Positions 37,949-51,258 of a stretch of DNA of 64,000 nucleotides are shown here, piece after piece; positions within the stretch are counted from its first letter, which is position 1; each line of letters begins with the position of its first letter. Source of the DNA: Lytechinus pictus (lineage: Eukaryota); assembly GCF_037042905.1 (NCBI RefSeq), contig NC_087255.1, forward strand, positions 18,166,001 through 18,230,000, read 5' to 3'. The position numbers were made by a program, and so were the translations under genes. The notes under the pieces were generated by a model. The model saw only the letters and a program-made list of their open reading frames with translations, searched no databases and was not told the DNA's origin.

Positions 37949-40900
37949 CTGTCGCGAAAATCAAAGAAAATGGAACAAATATATAACTTTGTTATCGACA
38001 TTGACACACTGCCCTAAATTTCATGTATATTCAATAAAGTCACTATTCATTTTCCTGCCGCCCTATATACAAGCGGGCTGATCGAACGAGCGCAATCAAG
38101 AGAACACTTTTGTTTCATTGTACGATTCGTTATCAAAAACACGTAAGGAGGGGTGCCTATAATTATTTTGGTCCCTTCTAATCACCTTACTCCTGAATAA
38201 GTCATGCTTTGCCTACTTGCCTTCCAAAATATGGTAGGAAAGAAAAGTAAGCAATACATTTACAAAATAATATTAATAAATGTAATTTTAGAATGCGCCC
38301 TATTGCATGATCCCGGGTGTTGCTCCGGCCCCGCACCTTGTGGGACATATCCGTACTGTATTATCATCTTTAGATCGACGTACATGGCATGACATGGACA
38401 TGACGAAATGAACACATATTTCTTAAAACGTATAATTGGAAGCGTAATCAAACCCATTGTTTACATCTTTAACCTATCATTATTTATTTGGCAAAATGAA
38501 AATTAAATAAAGATACATACAATTCAAATATCAAAGAATGAACAATAGGAATAGAAATTTAGCACTGGAATGCCAGGGGCAGAAATAGTTAACTGAATAA
38601 TTGTGGCAATACGCCTTTCTTCCCCACCTTTTCCGGTAGTTATTCCTCAATGATGAAAATTTCCAAAGTTATTCCTATATTTATAAGAGAGACGATGCTA
38701 GTTTATTTACCAATTATCATGATTATTCAATACTCTAATTTTTTTCAAAGATATTAGAACGACTGGTTTATGGTAGGTTACACAAATTTATGACTAGCAA
38801 CTATTTATTCAATAATGATCAATACGGAGTCAGGAAATTTCACTCTGCTGAATATGCTATTGTAAAGTTATATGATAGGGTATCACCTGCCTTAGCCAAG
38901 CATGAACATGTCATGGGAGTTTTTATGGACTTAAGTATAGATAGGCTTTTGATACCCTTGATTATAATATACTTTTAAACAAGCTTTACCATTACGGGAT
39001 TTGTGGTACTCCTTTGGACTGGTTCCATATTATCTTTCTTGTTGAAGTCAATATACAATTTTTAATGATACCAAATCAAATATATTACCAGTTACCTGCG
39101 ATGTGCCAAAGGGCTCCATTTTGGGCACGCTTCTTTTTTTTTTATTTATGTCAATGATATTTCTAATGTTTCAACTTTATTACAATATAGAAAAAAAAAA
39201 TTGTTTGCAGATGACAGTAATATGTTTTGCTCCCACTCAAACTTAAATAATCTAGTTTATATATTTTAATGCAGAATTGCGCAAATTGGTTTAAATGCAA
39301 CAAATTGTCGTTGAATTTGGGTAAGACCAACTTCATTCACTTTAAAACTCGTGCTCACACTGAAGAAAAAAGCATTTCATTAAATATACAAAGCAGTGGC
39401 GTACCGTGGGTCACGGCATGGGGGGGGGGGGTGTTGCACCCACAAATGTAATAACGCCCACAAATGTAATAACGCCCACAAATGTAATAACAATTTACCC
39501 ACAAATGTAATAATTTTTGATCGCCCACAAATGTAATAATGACTTTACCCACAAATGTAATAAATTTGAAGGGATTTTTGGCGAATCCGTTCTAAACTGA
39601 AATCCTATAGTAATGCGTTCATATAGCATAAAAGTGTAAAGTCTTTTTTCCAGACCCGATTAATTCAAAAATTATAATATGATTTAAAGTCTTTTTTCCA
39701 GACCTGGTTGTTTCAAAAATTATAATATAAGTCCAAAGTCTTTTTTTTCCAGACACGGTTATTTAAAAAAAATATAAAATAAATCCAAACTAGGATACGA
39801 TAATGATATTCCAGTGGAATGAAAATGAGAATCGAGCTTAGTCTTTTCTCCAGACCCAGTTAATTAAAACTGATGGAATTGATGTCTTTGTTGTTGTTTG
39901 AACTTACACGGTGCGTTTTGTGAATATATAAGAGTAAATTGAGAATCAAGCGTAGTCTTTCTCCACACCCGGTTACTTAAAACTAAAAACTACATCCTTA
40001 TAGTAATGCAATCATATAGCACAAAAGTGCAAAGTCTTTTTTCCAGACCTGGTTAATTAAATATTTATGACATAAGTCTAAATTAAGTCTTTTTTCAAGA
40101 CCCGGTTGTTTCAAAAATTATAATATAATATAAGTCCAAAGTCTTTTTCCAGACCCGGTTGTTTCAAACATTACAACATAAGTCCAAAGTCTTTTTTCCA
40201 GACCCAGTTATTTCAAAAATTGTAATATAAGTCCAAACTAAGATACCATAATGATATTCAAGTGGAATAAAACTAAAAATCGAGCTTAGTCTTTTCTCCA
40301 AACCCTGTTATTCGAAAATTATAAATAACAATACAACAACAACAAAAACAGTATAAAGACCCCATAATCCTATTAATGCTGGATAACATGGACATATAGC
40401 ATAGTCTTTCAGCCAGACCCATTTTTTTTTCAAAATAACGCTAACAGTAATAATAAGAAAATTCCAAATCTAAGACCAAACAATCCTTCAACCTAAGAAC
40501 CTGTTTTAAAAAGAGGTTTAGAGCATTGTCTTTATTCCAGACCTAATCATTAACAAAATTACCAAAAAAAATCTTCTAACGTAAGACTATATCATATTCT
40601 TATTCTTCTGGAATAACACGAGTTTTATAACGTACTCTTTTCTCCAGACCCGGTTATTTAAAAAAAAATGAATTAAAAAAACTTCAACAGTTCAAATCTA
40701 AGACCAATCTTCAAAAGTTACACCCTTACTGGGTGTAACTGAGTGTAAAAATATGTATTTACCCCGCACCCAGTTTTTTTTTAATAATACTAAGACCCTT
40801 ACAAAACATTGTAATAATGCATGGGTAAAGCAAACATCCTTTATCCAGACTTGGTTGTTATTTGAAGAAAAAAAAATAGTTTTTACAAATATTCTAAAAC

Positions 40901-43900
40901 GAATACCCAATAATCTAATTACTGTGGAATAACATGAAGATCGATTGTAGACTTTCCTCCAGACACAGTTATTTCAAGAATAAAAAAGCAATAAAACCCA
41001 ACCCCAACAACGAATCTAAGAACCAACAATCCTCCAAATTAAGACCATGTAGAAAAGCACATGTTTAGAGCGTTGTCTTTATTCCAGACCCAGTCATTTA
41101 AAAAATGATTCAAACAGTCTTAAAAACACAAGACTTTGTCATATTCTTATTCCTGTGGATTGCCACGAGTATTATGCATAGTCTTTCGTCTAGACCCGGT
41201 TATTTAAAAAATAAAGAAATATTGAGAAAAAAAAAACTAAGACCAAATTTCAAAATTAAGCCCAGTTAAAATGCTTGGGTTTAGCGAAATTAAGCGAAAC
41301 TTTAATCTTAAAACTTAACCCCAGCATCTTCTAAACTATTAAAACCCTGTGATAACGCATACCACAAAAACGACAAATTAATCATAGGCGTAAATGTTCA
41401 TATCTGAATGATACGCACCTTAAAACCCAAGATAACAATAACAACGTTATTCTACATCAATGATATTGTGGGGTCTTTGTTGATATATATTTTTTAATTG
41501 TTTCTTATAATTTCCTATTTTGAAATAACTGAGTCTGGAGCAAAGACTACACCATAGGTCTTTGTTTTGTTGTTTTAGTTTGGACTTATATTATAATTTT
41601 TGAAACAACCGGGTCTGGAAAAAAGACTTTGAACTTACAGTATAATTTTTTAAACAACCGGGTCTGGAAAAAAGACATTGGACTTATAATAATTTTTGAA
41701 TTAACCGGGTCTGGAAAAAAGACTTTGCACATTTGTGCTATACGAACACATTACTATAGGGTTTTAGTTTTAGTTACCGGGTCTGGAGAAAAGACTATGC
41801 TTGATTCTCAATTAACCCTTAGCGCATATATTCACAATATGCGCTGTATAAGTGAAAACAACAACAAAGACACTAATTCCACCAGTTTTACTTAACTGGG
41901 TCTGGAAAGAGACTAAGCTCGATTCTCATTTTTATTCCACTGGAGTATCATTATCATATCTTAGTTTGGACTTATATTATAATTTTTGAAATAACCGGGT
42001 CTGGAAAAAAGACTTTGGACTTATATTATATTATAATTTTTTTTTTACAACCGGGTCTGGAAAAAAGACTTTAAACTTATATCATAATTTTTTTAACAAC
42101 CGGGTCTGGAAAAAGACTTTGGACTTATATTATAATTTTTGAAACAACCGGGTCTGGAAAAAAAGACCTTGAACTTATATTATAATTTTTTAAACAACCG
42201 GGTCTGGAAAAAAAGACTTTGGACTTATATTGTAATTTTTTAAACGACTTGGTCTGGAAAAAAGACTTTGAACTTATATTATAATTATTGAAACAACCGG
42301 GTCTGGAAGAAAAGACTTTGGATTATATTATACTTTCTTTATTAACCGGGTCTGGAAAAAAAGACTTTGCACTTTTGTGCTATATGAGCGTATTACTATA
42401 GGATTTCAGTTTAGAACGGATTCGCCAAAAATCCCTTCAAATTTATTACATTTGTGGGTAAAGTCATTATTACATTTGTGGGCGATCAAAATTATTACAT
42501 TTGTGGGTAAAGTGTTATTACATTTGTGGGTAAAGTGTTATTACATTTGTGGGCGTTATTACATTTGTGGGCGATTATTACATTTGTGGGTGTAACAGGG
42601 GGGCACCAGCAAAAAAATTTAGTCACTTATATAGTGATCGCGCGAAGCGCGCTAAGTTGTCAGGTATACTGACCTAATAGAGACATTTTAAGGAAGCACT
42701 TGCAGTCATTGTAATCATGAATAACATACGCATCTCAGCAATCGAATAATGCGAGCGCGAAGCGCGAGCTGAAAATTTTTGATATTCAGACCTAAAAAAG
42801 GACTTTATAATCGAATTTTTGTAATCATGATACGTACCTGTCTTGCTAAACAATGCGAGCACAAAGCGCGAGCCGAAATTTTTGTATATATTGATCCCAA
42901 ACAGGGAGATCTTAAGGACTATATTTTAGGAATCTCTTAATAGTATACATATCTCACCATAGTCATGTAATGCGAGTGCCAAGCGCTTACTGATTTTGTT
43001 AGAATTACATCTGAACACATGAAGCACTTTTTGTAGTCAATGTTATCATGATTATCATACGCATCTCACTAATCAAATATTGCGAGCGCGAAGCGCGAGC
43101 TGAAAATTTAGATAATTCAGACCTGAAGCGGGGCAGTCTAAGGCTTGTTTGTAGGAATTCACTAAGACCATACGTATTTCACTAACCAAATGATGCGAGC
43201 GCGAAGCGCGAGCTGAAAATTTTGGATATTCAGATCAGAAAAGGGGACATTTCAAGGACTGATTTTAGGAATTCATGGAGAGCAGACATATCTCACCAAT
43301 CCACTGAAGCGATCGTAATCACGAGCAGGAAATGTTTTATATTAAGACCTTAACATGGGGCAATCACTTTAAGTAGTCATGAAAAAGAAGCATATGTCAC
43401 TACATAAAACAATAATATATTTGGTGTATATATATTGACTTGAAAACGGGAGGTTTTCGAACAACAGGTTTATATCTCTTTAAACAGACAATGCGAGCAC
43501 CAGGAACAATGAAGACATGGACCCTGAGCAAATTATGTTTCATAAAGTTATGATAAAAATGTTTCCTATGTAATATAACATAACATGATTATAATACAAT
43601 ATACAATTATAATGAATAATAATTTCTTCTTTGCCACTACGTTCCTCTTCCTTTCTCCCTCTTTTTCTCCTTTTCCCCGTTTTTTTTTTGGTCAGCCGAT
43701 TGGGGGGGGGGGGGCACGTGCCCCCCCATGCCCCCCCCCCCCCCCGTAGTTACGCCACTGATACAAAGTATTATGATCCAACAAAAGAAAAATACCAAAA
43801 TTCCTATAGGAATTCAAATTGACGAGTGCCTTTCTTGGCACGAGCACGTACGTGACTTTCGTCAAGTCTCAGTGTCTCGATACGTTGGTGCTATATACAA

Positions 43901-46369
43901 ATTGAGGTCATTAAATTTTGTGCCACTTCGTATCTACAATTCATTCATTCACTCATTCATTCATTTTATATTGCATTTCACATTGCAATAGAGCATGAGC
44001 CAACAAGAAAGTTAATACAGATCGCATTTTAAGATTACACAAGAGAGCCGTGCAGCTTTGTACGGGGTCTGGATATTTTGCCCAAACTGATCCTTTATTT
44101 TGTAGACTGAAAACACTGAAAGTTATATTAAAATGCAAATTGTCATTTTTATGTATCACTTAAACAAAAATGAGTTACCTTTATAATTTCTTGATAATTT
44201 TACTTTGAATAGAGACATTCATGATTATAGAACTAGACATTTATTTTGTTTTAATTTTTTCACTCCCAGAAGTGCCTTAGCCCATTAATCAATACAATAT
44301 GTAGGACCTAACATTTGATATTCACTACCCTTAAATATACGAATTCGTAACAATATTTTATCATTCAGGAAGAATATGAAAGATTTATATCTCTCCAAAT
44401 ACTGTAAATGATATTTCTCTAAATTACTCTCATATTTTGTCAATTTATTTCTTGTTATGCATGGTGAAAAATAAAACCAGCAAACAAATACAAAGGACTT
44501 GGAGGTTGATAGAAGAAACAACAACAAATATAACAAAAACAGAGCTACTGTCGTCCCCTTTCTATATCTCTCACACCTTTAGGGTAGAATTTTACGAAAT
44601 CAACAGTGTTGCCATGCAGGTCCAAGCTGAAGAATATCCCCAAAAGGCATTTGGAAAATCCCAAAATTTGACCCCAAATATCCAAATTTTTAAAACCTTA
44701 TTAATGACTAAAAGTGAGGACTGCTATCATGGATATTGCCAAAAACTAGTTATTGTGTGCTCGTTTGTTCACACCACGTCAGATCTTTTTTTTTTTTTTT
44801 TTTTTTGGGGGGGGGGGTAGGTTTCGATGCAGTGTAGATTGGCAACACCATCAGTACTAAGTTCAGTAAACTGAATTCACCCGGTTGAATTGGGTAGGAA
44901 ATGCGCTAATGTACATGCAATGCATTTATCTATCTACAGTAGATCGTATACTATTGGTTTTTCACCAAAATCTTCAAAAATCCTCTATAATGGACGAAAA
45001 ATCCCTTAATTCATTTTAATCCCCAAATATTTTTTTTAAACCCCACTGAGGCTTCTAAATATCCCAAAATGCCAAATTTGGGGGATGGAAATCCCCATGG
45101 CAACGCTGAATCAACATGCTTAATAAACTAATTTAATTTAAGTAGTTCTTACTTGTGGATTCTTTTGGCGGGGTGTCCTTTGCGTCTAATACCAAATCGA
45201 TGATTAGGTTTCCGGTGGCCGCTATTTCGTATAGTGCGACGAGCGAGAAGGTCAAATGTGTGACGAAGGCGTAATATCTCGGGTCGAAATACATCACCCA
45301 GGAAAATATCTGATAACCCAAGGTGTAGATGAGTGTAATAAGTCGATATAGAATGAATAACCACCTTGGAATAGGCCACTAAATTGGAAAAGAATAAAAG
45401 AGAAGATTGTCAGCATGCAGTTAAAGGAAAAGTTCACCCTGAAAAAAAATTCATTTAAAAATAGCTGAAGAAATAATTTTAAAAATGGTGAAGGTTCGAT
45501 AAAATTCCATCAAGATTTAAAAAGTTATTCTAATTTTATTACTTTTATTTTGTGACGTCACATACGAGCAGCTTCTGTTTTCATCGAATGGATAAAAACC
45601 GAATGTCACTTTCTAAAAAAAAAAGTTTTATACCATCAGTGCATCAAAATGCAAATCATTCCACGCCCGCGCCAAACGAAAGAAAATAAAATTTAGTCAA
45701 TGTGATTCACATTGAAATTCATGTATTTTATATATCGCATTACTTATGGGACAGCTTCGCGTATACATATAAAAAAGATTCTGATAACTTTTTTATTTTC
45801 CTCCAACTTTCATCAATGTCTTTTTAAGTTTATGTTGTTTTTACAACAAACTTTTTTTAAGGGTAAACGCGTTCTCTCTGGTACAACCGTAACTTGTGTA
45901 AAGATGGTGGGTATATACAGATTTCTACAATATTACGAGTCGTTTTGATCAATCATTCGGCAAAGTGTATTTATTCCATGATTAAATTGGTTTTATTAGA
46001 GAAAAAACCGGAGTCAACAAAACATTACAATTGAGTCATACCCAGTAAAATATCGGATTACCGTTTATCATTAAAATGATGAAATTCCACTCATGCAAAC
46101 TCGAGTAGTGCGAAGTTGCCAGTATTTACTGACAAGTTATCAGCCATTGTAAAAGTAACAATACGTCGAAGCCATATGGAGGTATACCAGTTTGAATGGC
46201 CAAAGCCAGATAAGATAGATTAACAGTTTAACACAATAATTTCACTGTCAAATGAATTAAATGTCACGATAATGAATCAACGCCAATGCAGATATAAGCC
46301 TACCTGTGTTCGAGTAAAATCCCTGCAGGATTTCCATCTTAATCCGCAATCAAAACAGCACTGTGCCAT
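37413..46369 (-). CDS. Rolling stone (Rost)-like / FAR-17a-AIG1-related multi-pass membrane protein: complement(join(37413..37948,45153..45378,46304..46369)), 275 aa
   Basis: Exons MAQCCFDCGLRWKSCRDFTRTQ | WPIPRWLFILYRLI...YYAFVTHLTF...KEST | TLSLRYTIQWVLYD...VVYWAFL...IHLLP...VYFFLDY... joined by GT-AG introns in consistent phases (0,1). The motifs resemble Rost (YR, YLTNW-like, QW.L, VYW, H, IY..LD). Confidence 0.85.
39394..43760. mobile_element. hAT-like non-autonomous element (CAG...CTG) hosting a foldback insertion
   Basis: TIR CAGTGGCGTA / TACGCCACTG; exact 8-bp TSD ATACAAAG (39386-39393, 43761-43768); internal ~115-bp repeats with GCGAGCGCGAAGCGCGAGC. Confidence 0.88.
39432..42597. 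mobile_element. Foldback element with TGT...ACA ends (Ginger-like) and modular TIRs
   Basis: TGTTGCACCC / GGGTGTAACA termini inserted in a poly-G run. Outer CCCACAAATGTAATAA repeats and inner ~56-bp AAAGTCTTTTTTCCAGACCCGGTT repeats run forward on the left and reversed on the right. Confidence 0.85.
45153..45378 (-). CDS. Rost-like second coding exon
   Basis: tttag|WPIPRW...KEST|gtaag; open frame with two TM segments. Confidence 0.88.
45421..45875. mobile_element. Decayed TTAA-AGG MITE
   Basis: TTAAAGGAAAAGTTCACCCT left end; degenerate right end AAGGGTAAAC. Confidence 0.5.
46304..46369 (-). CDS. Rost-like first coding exon
   Basis: ATG at 46369, 22 codons, CAG|GTAGGC donor. Acceptor at 46387-46388; candidate upstream 5'UTR exon ends at 47922 (donor GTAAGC). 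Confidence 0.75.
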
Positions 46370-46728
46370 CTCCTCGAGATATTATTCTGTTTATATATCT
46401 TTTGATGCAGAAAAAAAATGCAATAAATATATTAGCTAAATATAACATTCTTAGGCCCCCAAAAGGGCACAGTGTGAAGAGGATCGAGTCTATTTTTTTC
46501 CCGAGATAGGTTGATGGTGGGGGGGGGGGGGGGTGGTGGAGCGGTCTTGTCTATTATGTATACGGGGAGTGCTCAGTGCATACCCAACTTTTTGTGAACA
46601 TCCTTAATCACATTTATAATGATTTTATATCAGAATATAAAAAAATATCATGATAAAAGAAACAAATATACTATTCTTTCTTAAAACAAACCGTGAGGGG
46701 GGGGGGGGGGGGTACAGTGCTGGTAGTA

Positions 46729-47273
46729 ACGATGATGATGATTATTATAATGATGGTAATCACGATGATGATGATTATAATGATGGTAATCACGATGATG
46801 ATGATTATAATGATGGTAATCACGATGATGATGATTATAATGATGGTAATCACGATGATGATGATTATTATAATGATGGTAATCACGATGATGATGATTA
46901 TAATGATGGTAATCACGATGATGATGATTATAATGATGGTAATCACGATGATGATGATTATAATGATGGTAATCACGATGATGATGATTATAATGATGGT
47001 AATCACGATGATGATGATTATAATGATGGTAATCACGATGATGATGATTATAATGATGGTAATCACGATGATGATGATTATTATAATGATGGTAATCACG
47101 ATGATGATGATTATTATAATGATGGTAATCACGATGATGATGATTATAATGATGGTAATCACGATGATGATGATTATAATGATGGTAATCACGATGATGA
47201 TGATTATAATGACGACGATGATGATTATAATGACGACGATGATGATGATTATAATGATGGTAATGACGACGAC

Positions 47274-47306
<33 letters not shown>

Positions 47307-47460
47307 AATGACGATGATGATTATTATAATGATGAATGGGATGATGATAGTAATGACGATGATAAAGAATTTGATGATGATGATGATAGATAATGTTGAC
47401 GATTATAATTATGGTAATGACACTGATGATGATGATGAGGATGATGATGATAATAGTGAA

Positions 47461-47502
<42 letters not shown>

Positions 47503-47720
47503 AATGATAATGATAATGGTGACGATTATAATGATAGTAATGACGCTGATGATGATGATGATGATAATGGTGACGACTATAATGATGGTAATGAAGACGA
47601 TGATGGTGATGATGATTATGAAGATTATTATAGTGATGGTAATGACGATTATGATGATACAGATAATGATCGGACGACAATGGTGATGATGACGTTTGTA
47701 ATGATAGTGATGATGCTTAT
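46729..47720. repeat. (GAT)n microsatellite with a 30-bp higher-order unit CACGATGATGATGATTATAATGATGGTAAT (about 15 copies)
   Basis: Direct reading; lies just upstream of the Rost-like first coding exon, probably in a 5'UTR intron. Confidence 0.97.
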
Positions 47721-50510
47721 CAACCCCAATCGTCGCTAATAGACAAAGATTCGAATAAGTGTCAGGTACTTTAAAATGGGAAAATAGCATGAAACAGAGA
47801 CACATTAAGCCAAATTTATTTGACATGCACTCATCAGAGTAACAAATCGCATAAATAATTAGAAAATGGTATATAGATACAAATTTTGATATAAATGTTG
47901 TATGCAAAAATCACAGCTTACCCCGAATCTGTTAACGGCACGACTTCATAAACGTTCAATTATTGGTAATATTCCCGTTCGTCCAGTTGTTCGCTGTCGT
48001 CATGATAGTACGAGCAAGTGTGCATGATATGAAAACAAAATTTTGAAAAAGTTGCAGGAAATGAAAATGTCACAATTCGACATATTTATTTAGCAATCAA
48101 ATTATTTGTACTGTGTAATTCCCGCATTCTTCACTAAGTGTAACCAACTTATCCCACGCCATACAGTTGGGATTTGCATTATTATGGTTGAGCGAACTTA
48201 TTGTAGAAAGAAACATGGTACATGTACTTATATTTGGACTTGAATTCTTTCGCTGTTTGATAAGAGAATACACGCCAAAACAACAATAGAGGCAACCGGT
48301 TACTGGTGAACAAATTTTGACAAATAATGTGAGGGTGTGTCCGCAGTAATAAATAGTGCTTGTCATTTTCTAAATGATCATCAGAGCTCTTAATATGGTC
48401 ATTCCCATCCGAAAATATATGTATGATAAGGCTACGTCAAAAATTAATGAAATAATTATATCTCTTGTTTACCAAGGCTTAGGTAGCTACTTCAGCTTTA
48501 ACATAATATAATTCCCCCCCCCCCCCCGATCTCCATTTCTAACATGCCGAGCGCCAGTCGAGATGGCAGAATATCAGGGCCCCGTTTCATAAAGACTGGT
48601 TATAATAACAAATGCACAATTGCTATAACAAATTTACTATCAGCCAATCAGATTAAAGGATTTCAGTAACATGTAACATGTTTTATGAAACGGATCCCAG
48701 ATCTCTGTTATTGTAACCAGTGGCAGGACCTTATGTTTATCTATTTTTTGTTGTTGCTTGTCAATGTATTCCTGCAACAAGATGACCTCCTCTTCTTAGT
48801 GAAAACCTTTTTTTTGCTTGTCATTATTTTGGTAAAAAATTGTCCCCCCCCCCCTTGAAAAATCCTGGATAACCGACGACCTCCGGTTATTAAGGCGATG
48901 TTCTACCACTGAGCCACCACCACATATGAGGATCCAGGTGAGGGCCCCAGTGGCCCGGGCCCCCTTATTGGCGGAGCAAAAAAAAAGGAAAAAGGAGGAA
49001 AGAAAAAAAAGGGAAAAGAGAGGAGAGAAAAAAAACGAAAAATATAGGAGGAGGAATTATTATGTCAATATATATAATTTTCGATTTGCGCTAGCATAGC
49101 CAGTTCGATGAGATTTATAATTATTTTGCTAAATAGGCTGATATGGAGCTTAAAATATCAAGTTTTGAAGTCAATATACAAAACATATTTTAGCTCGGAC
49201 ATCGAGATTTTATTATTTGGTATGATTTACAATTTGATTTAAAAACAATTGCTTTGTATAATGTCAGTTTTGTGGTCTAAATATCAACATTTTTAGCTCG
49301 CTGAGCGCTCGCATTATTTGATTTGTCAGGTACCTATTGTCTTCGTGTATTCCATAAAGTTATCAAAATATCCCTTGTCAGGTGTGATTGTTAAAAACTT
49401 ATCAGCGCGCTCATTTTGATATTTGAGTTATGTTAAATCCCTTGTCGTGAAAGTTTATCAAAATTTTCGGCTCGAGATTTACGCTCGTATCAGTTGTTAA
49501 AAATATATTAACCCATGCATAATTACATAATTACAAATGTGTTTTCATATAACTATTTTGCACGTCTATACCTATATAATGACTGGTCTTATTGTATACC
49601 ACTAATTTTTCTCAAATCATTATGATACTGTGTACTTATCTTCTTGTTAATGTTCTATTAACTATCATTATCATTACAGACCGGTCCTGGGTTCATGTAG
49701 CTTGGTCGGGGAGGGAGACCCAAGGGTTACAGTTATCAAGTTAGCTTTTCCCAAACCCAGGCAGCTATGTACACATGCACCCACGCACGTTTTTATTTTG
49801 TTGAATCATTATTGTATAATGTAATTGCCATTAAATAAACATAAAATACCTGTAATTGTGAAACAGGTGTGAAATAATGTCTGAAAACACGGTTTTTTAC
49901 AAAATATTTACTTTCTTGTTTTCAAAACCGTGTACAAAAAATGTAAATTTTTTTTACCATGATTGTGATTTTTTTGCATGGTCAGCCTCCCCCCCCCCCC
50001 CCCACTTTCAAATCCGTTCCGCGGCGCCTGAAATGGCCGCCATAGACCCATGTATAATATTATGAACAATATAAATGGGAAAATAAATGTCACCAGAGTG
50101 AGCACTATTGAAAATGCATTGTGATATATGAGTGAAGTAGTGAAGTACTGTCTGAAAACATGATTGCTAACGAAATCCATACTTATGTCGCGTACGGTAT
50201 GTAATAAATATTGTATTTTTATATTCCAAATGGCTACCATACGTCCCTTACTATAATATGAACAACTTGAGTGGGACAAATAATTTTGACAAATTTTGAT
50301 TTGCTTGACTATACAATGCATATACTTGTGTTGTATGAGTGAAATATTGTCTGAAAACACGATTCCTAATGGAATAAAGCATTCCTTCTGCCATGTAGAG
50401 TAGGAATTTCATAATATAAAATAAGTATGCATCTTCCGAATATACAAGTAGCTTTCGAACCAGGGTATTAAAGGCCTCCATCGATACGCAAATCTCGAGA
50501 GTTTCCTTAT

Positions 50511-51258
50511 ACCTTGGTCACATTTGTTCTCCGGCGCCGTACGGCGAGTCGAAAACAGTCGTTTTATTCATTTTTATTCAAACCACCTTTATGTAGTTGA
50601 TACAAAAAATTGTTAAAACGGCTGTTTTCGACTCGCCGTACGGCCGCCGTAGAACAAATGTGACCAAGGTATTACGAGTATTGAATTCCACGGTGTCAAA
50701 AGCCTTTTTCAAGCCTTTTTGGAAGTCGATGGGGTCTGTGTGTCTGTGTCTGTTTCTGGATGGAGCGATAGAGAGAGAGAGAGGAAATGAAGAGAGAGAG
50801 AGGGGGCGGAGAAATAAGGAGAGGGTCAAGAGCGAGAAGGGGAGAGGAGTCCATTTATGCTGCAGTCACATTTCCCTACGGCGGCCGTACGGCGAGTCGA
50901 AAATGGTTTCATGACATTTGCTCCGGCGACGATTGCTCCGCTCTTAAAATTCCACACACGAATTGAAAGACCATCTTCAACCTGGGGTTTAGCACTATAC
51001 CATACCCTAAGCCCAACCCTAAACATATAACGTAAAACCCTAAATTGCAACCCTAACTCTACATCTTAGACGAAATTAAGCCCGGAGCAATTGTCGCAGG
51101 AGCAAATGTCGTGTCACCGCCGAGGTTTGGGTCAGCTGTTTTATTCATACATTCTTCATTCAAACCACCTATAATGTATAGCTGGCCCGACAAAATGTTA
51201 AAAGGGCCGTTTTCAACTCGCCGTACGGCCGCCGTAGGAGAAATGTGACTGCACCATT
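50511..51258. mobile_element. Two related hairpin MITEs (50511-50670; 50857-51258), the second containing a nested TIR element at about 50903-51119
   Basis: Inverted GTCACATTT..CGGCCGTACGGCGAGTCGAAA arms; nested GACATTTGCTCC / GGAGCAAATGTC TIRs with CCCTAA-like repeats. Confidence 0.75.

Larger units (their letters stand above)
38420..44430 (+). mobile_element. Decayed LINE (CR1/L2-type) reverse-transcriptase region, split at 39393/43761 by a DNA-element insertion
   Basis: Frameshifted RT motifs NDQYGVRKFHS, GVFMDLS, VPKGSILG, LFADDS, NKLSLNLGKT; resumes after the insert with GIQIDECLSWHEHV. Confidence 0.85.

Noticed and set aside
39630-42370. CRISPR-like regularly spaced repeats
   Set aside because: The intervening sequences are themselves repeats rather than unique spacers, the array flips orientation as part of TIRs, the context is eukaryotic and there are no cas genes.
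46650-47907. Long ORFs including an Asp-rich (NHDDDDYNDG)n protein suggestive of a biomineralisation protein, plus His-, Ile- and Met-rich ORFs
   Set aside because: All are frames of a (GAT)n-derived minisatellite that is open in several frames on both strands; no signal peptide or unique coding flanks.
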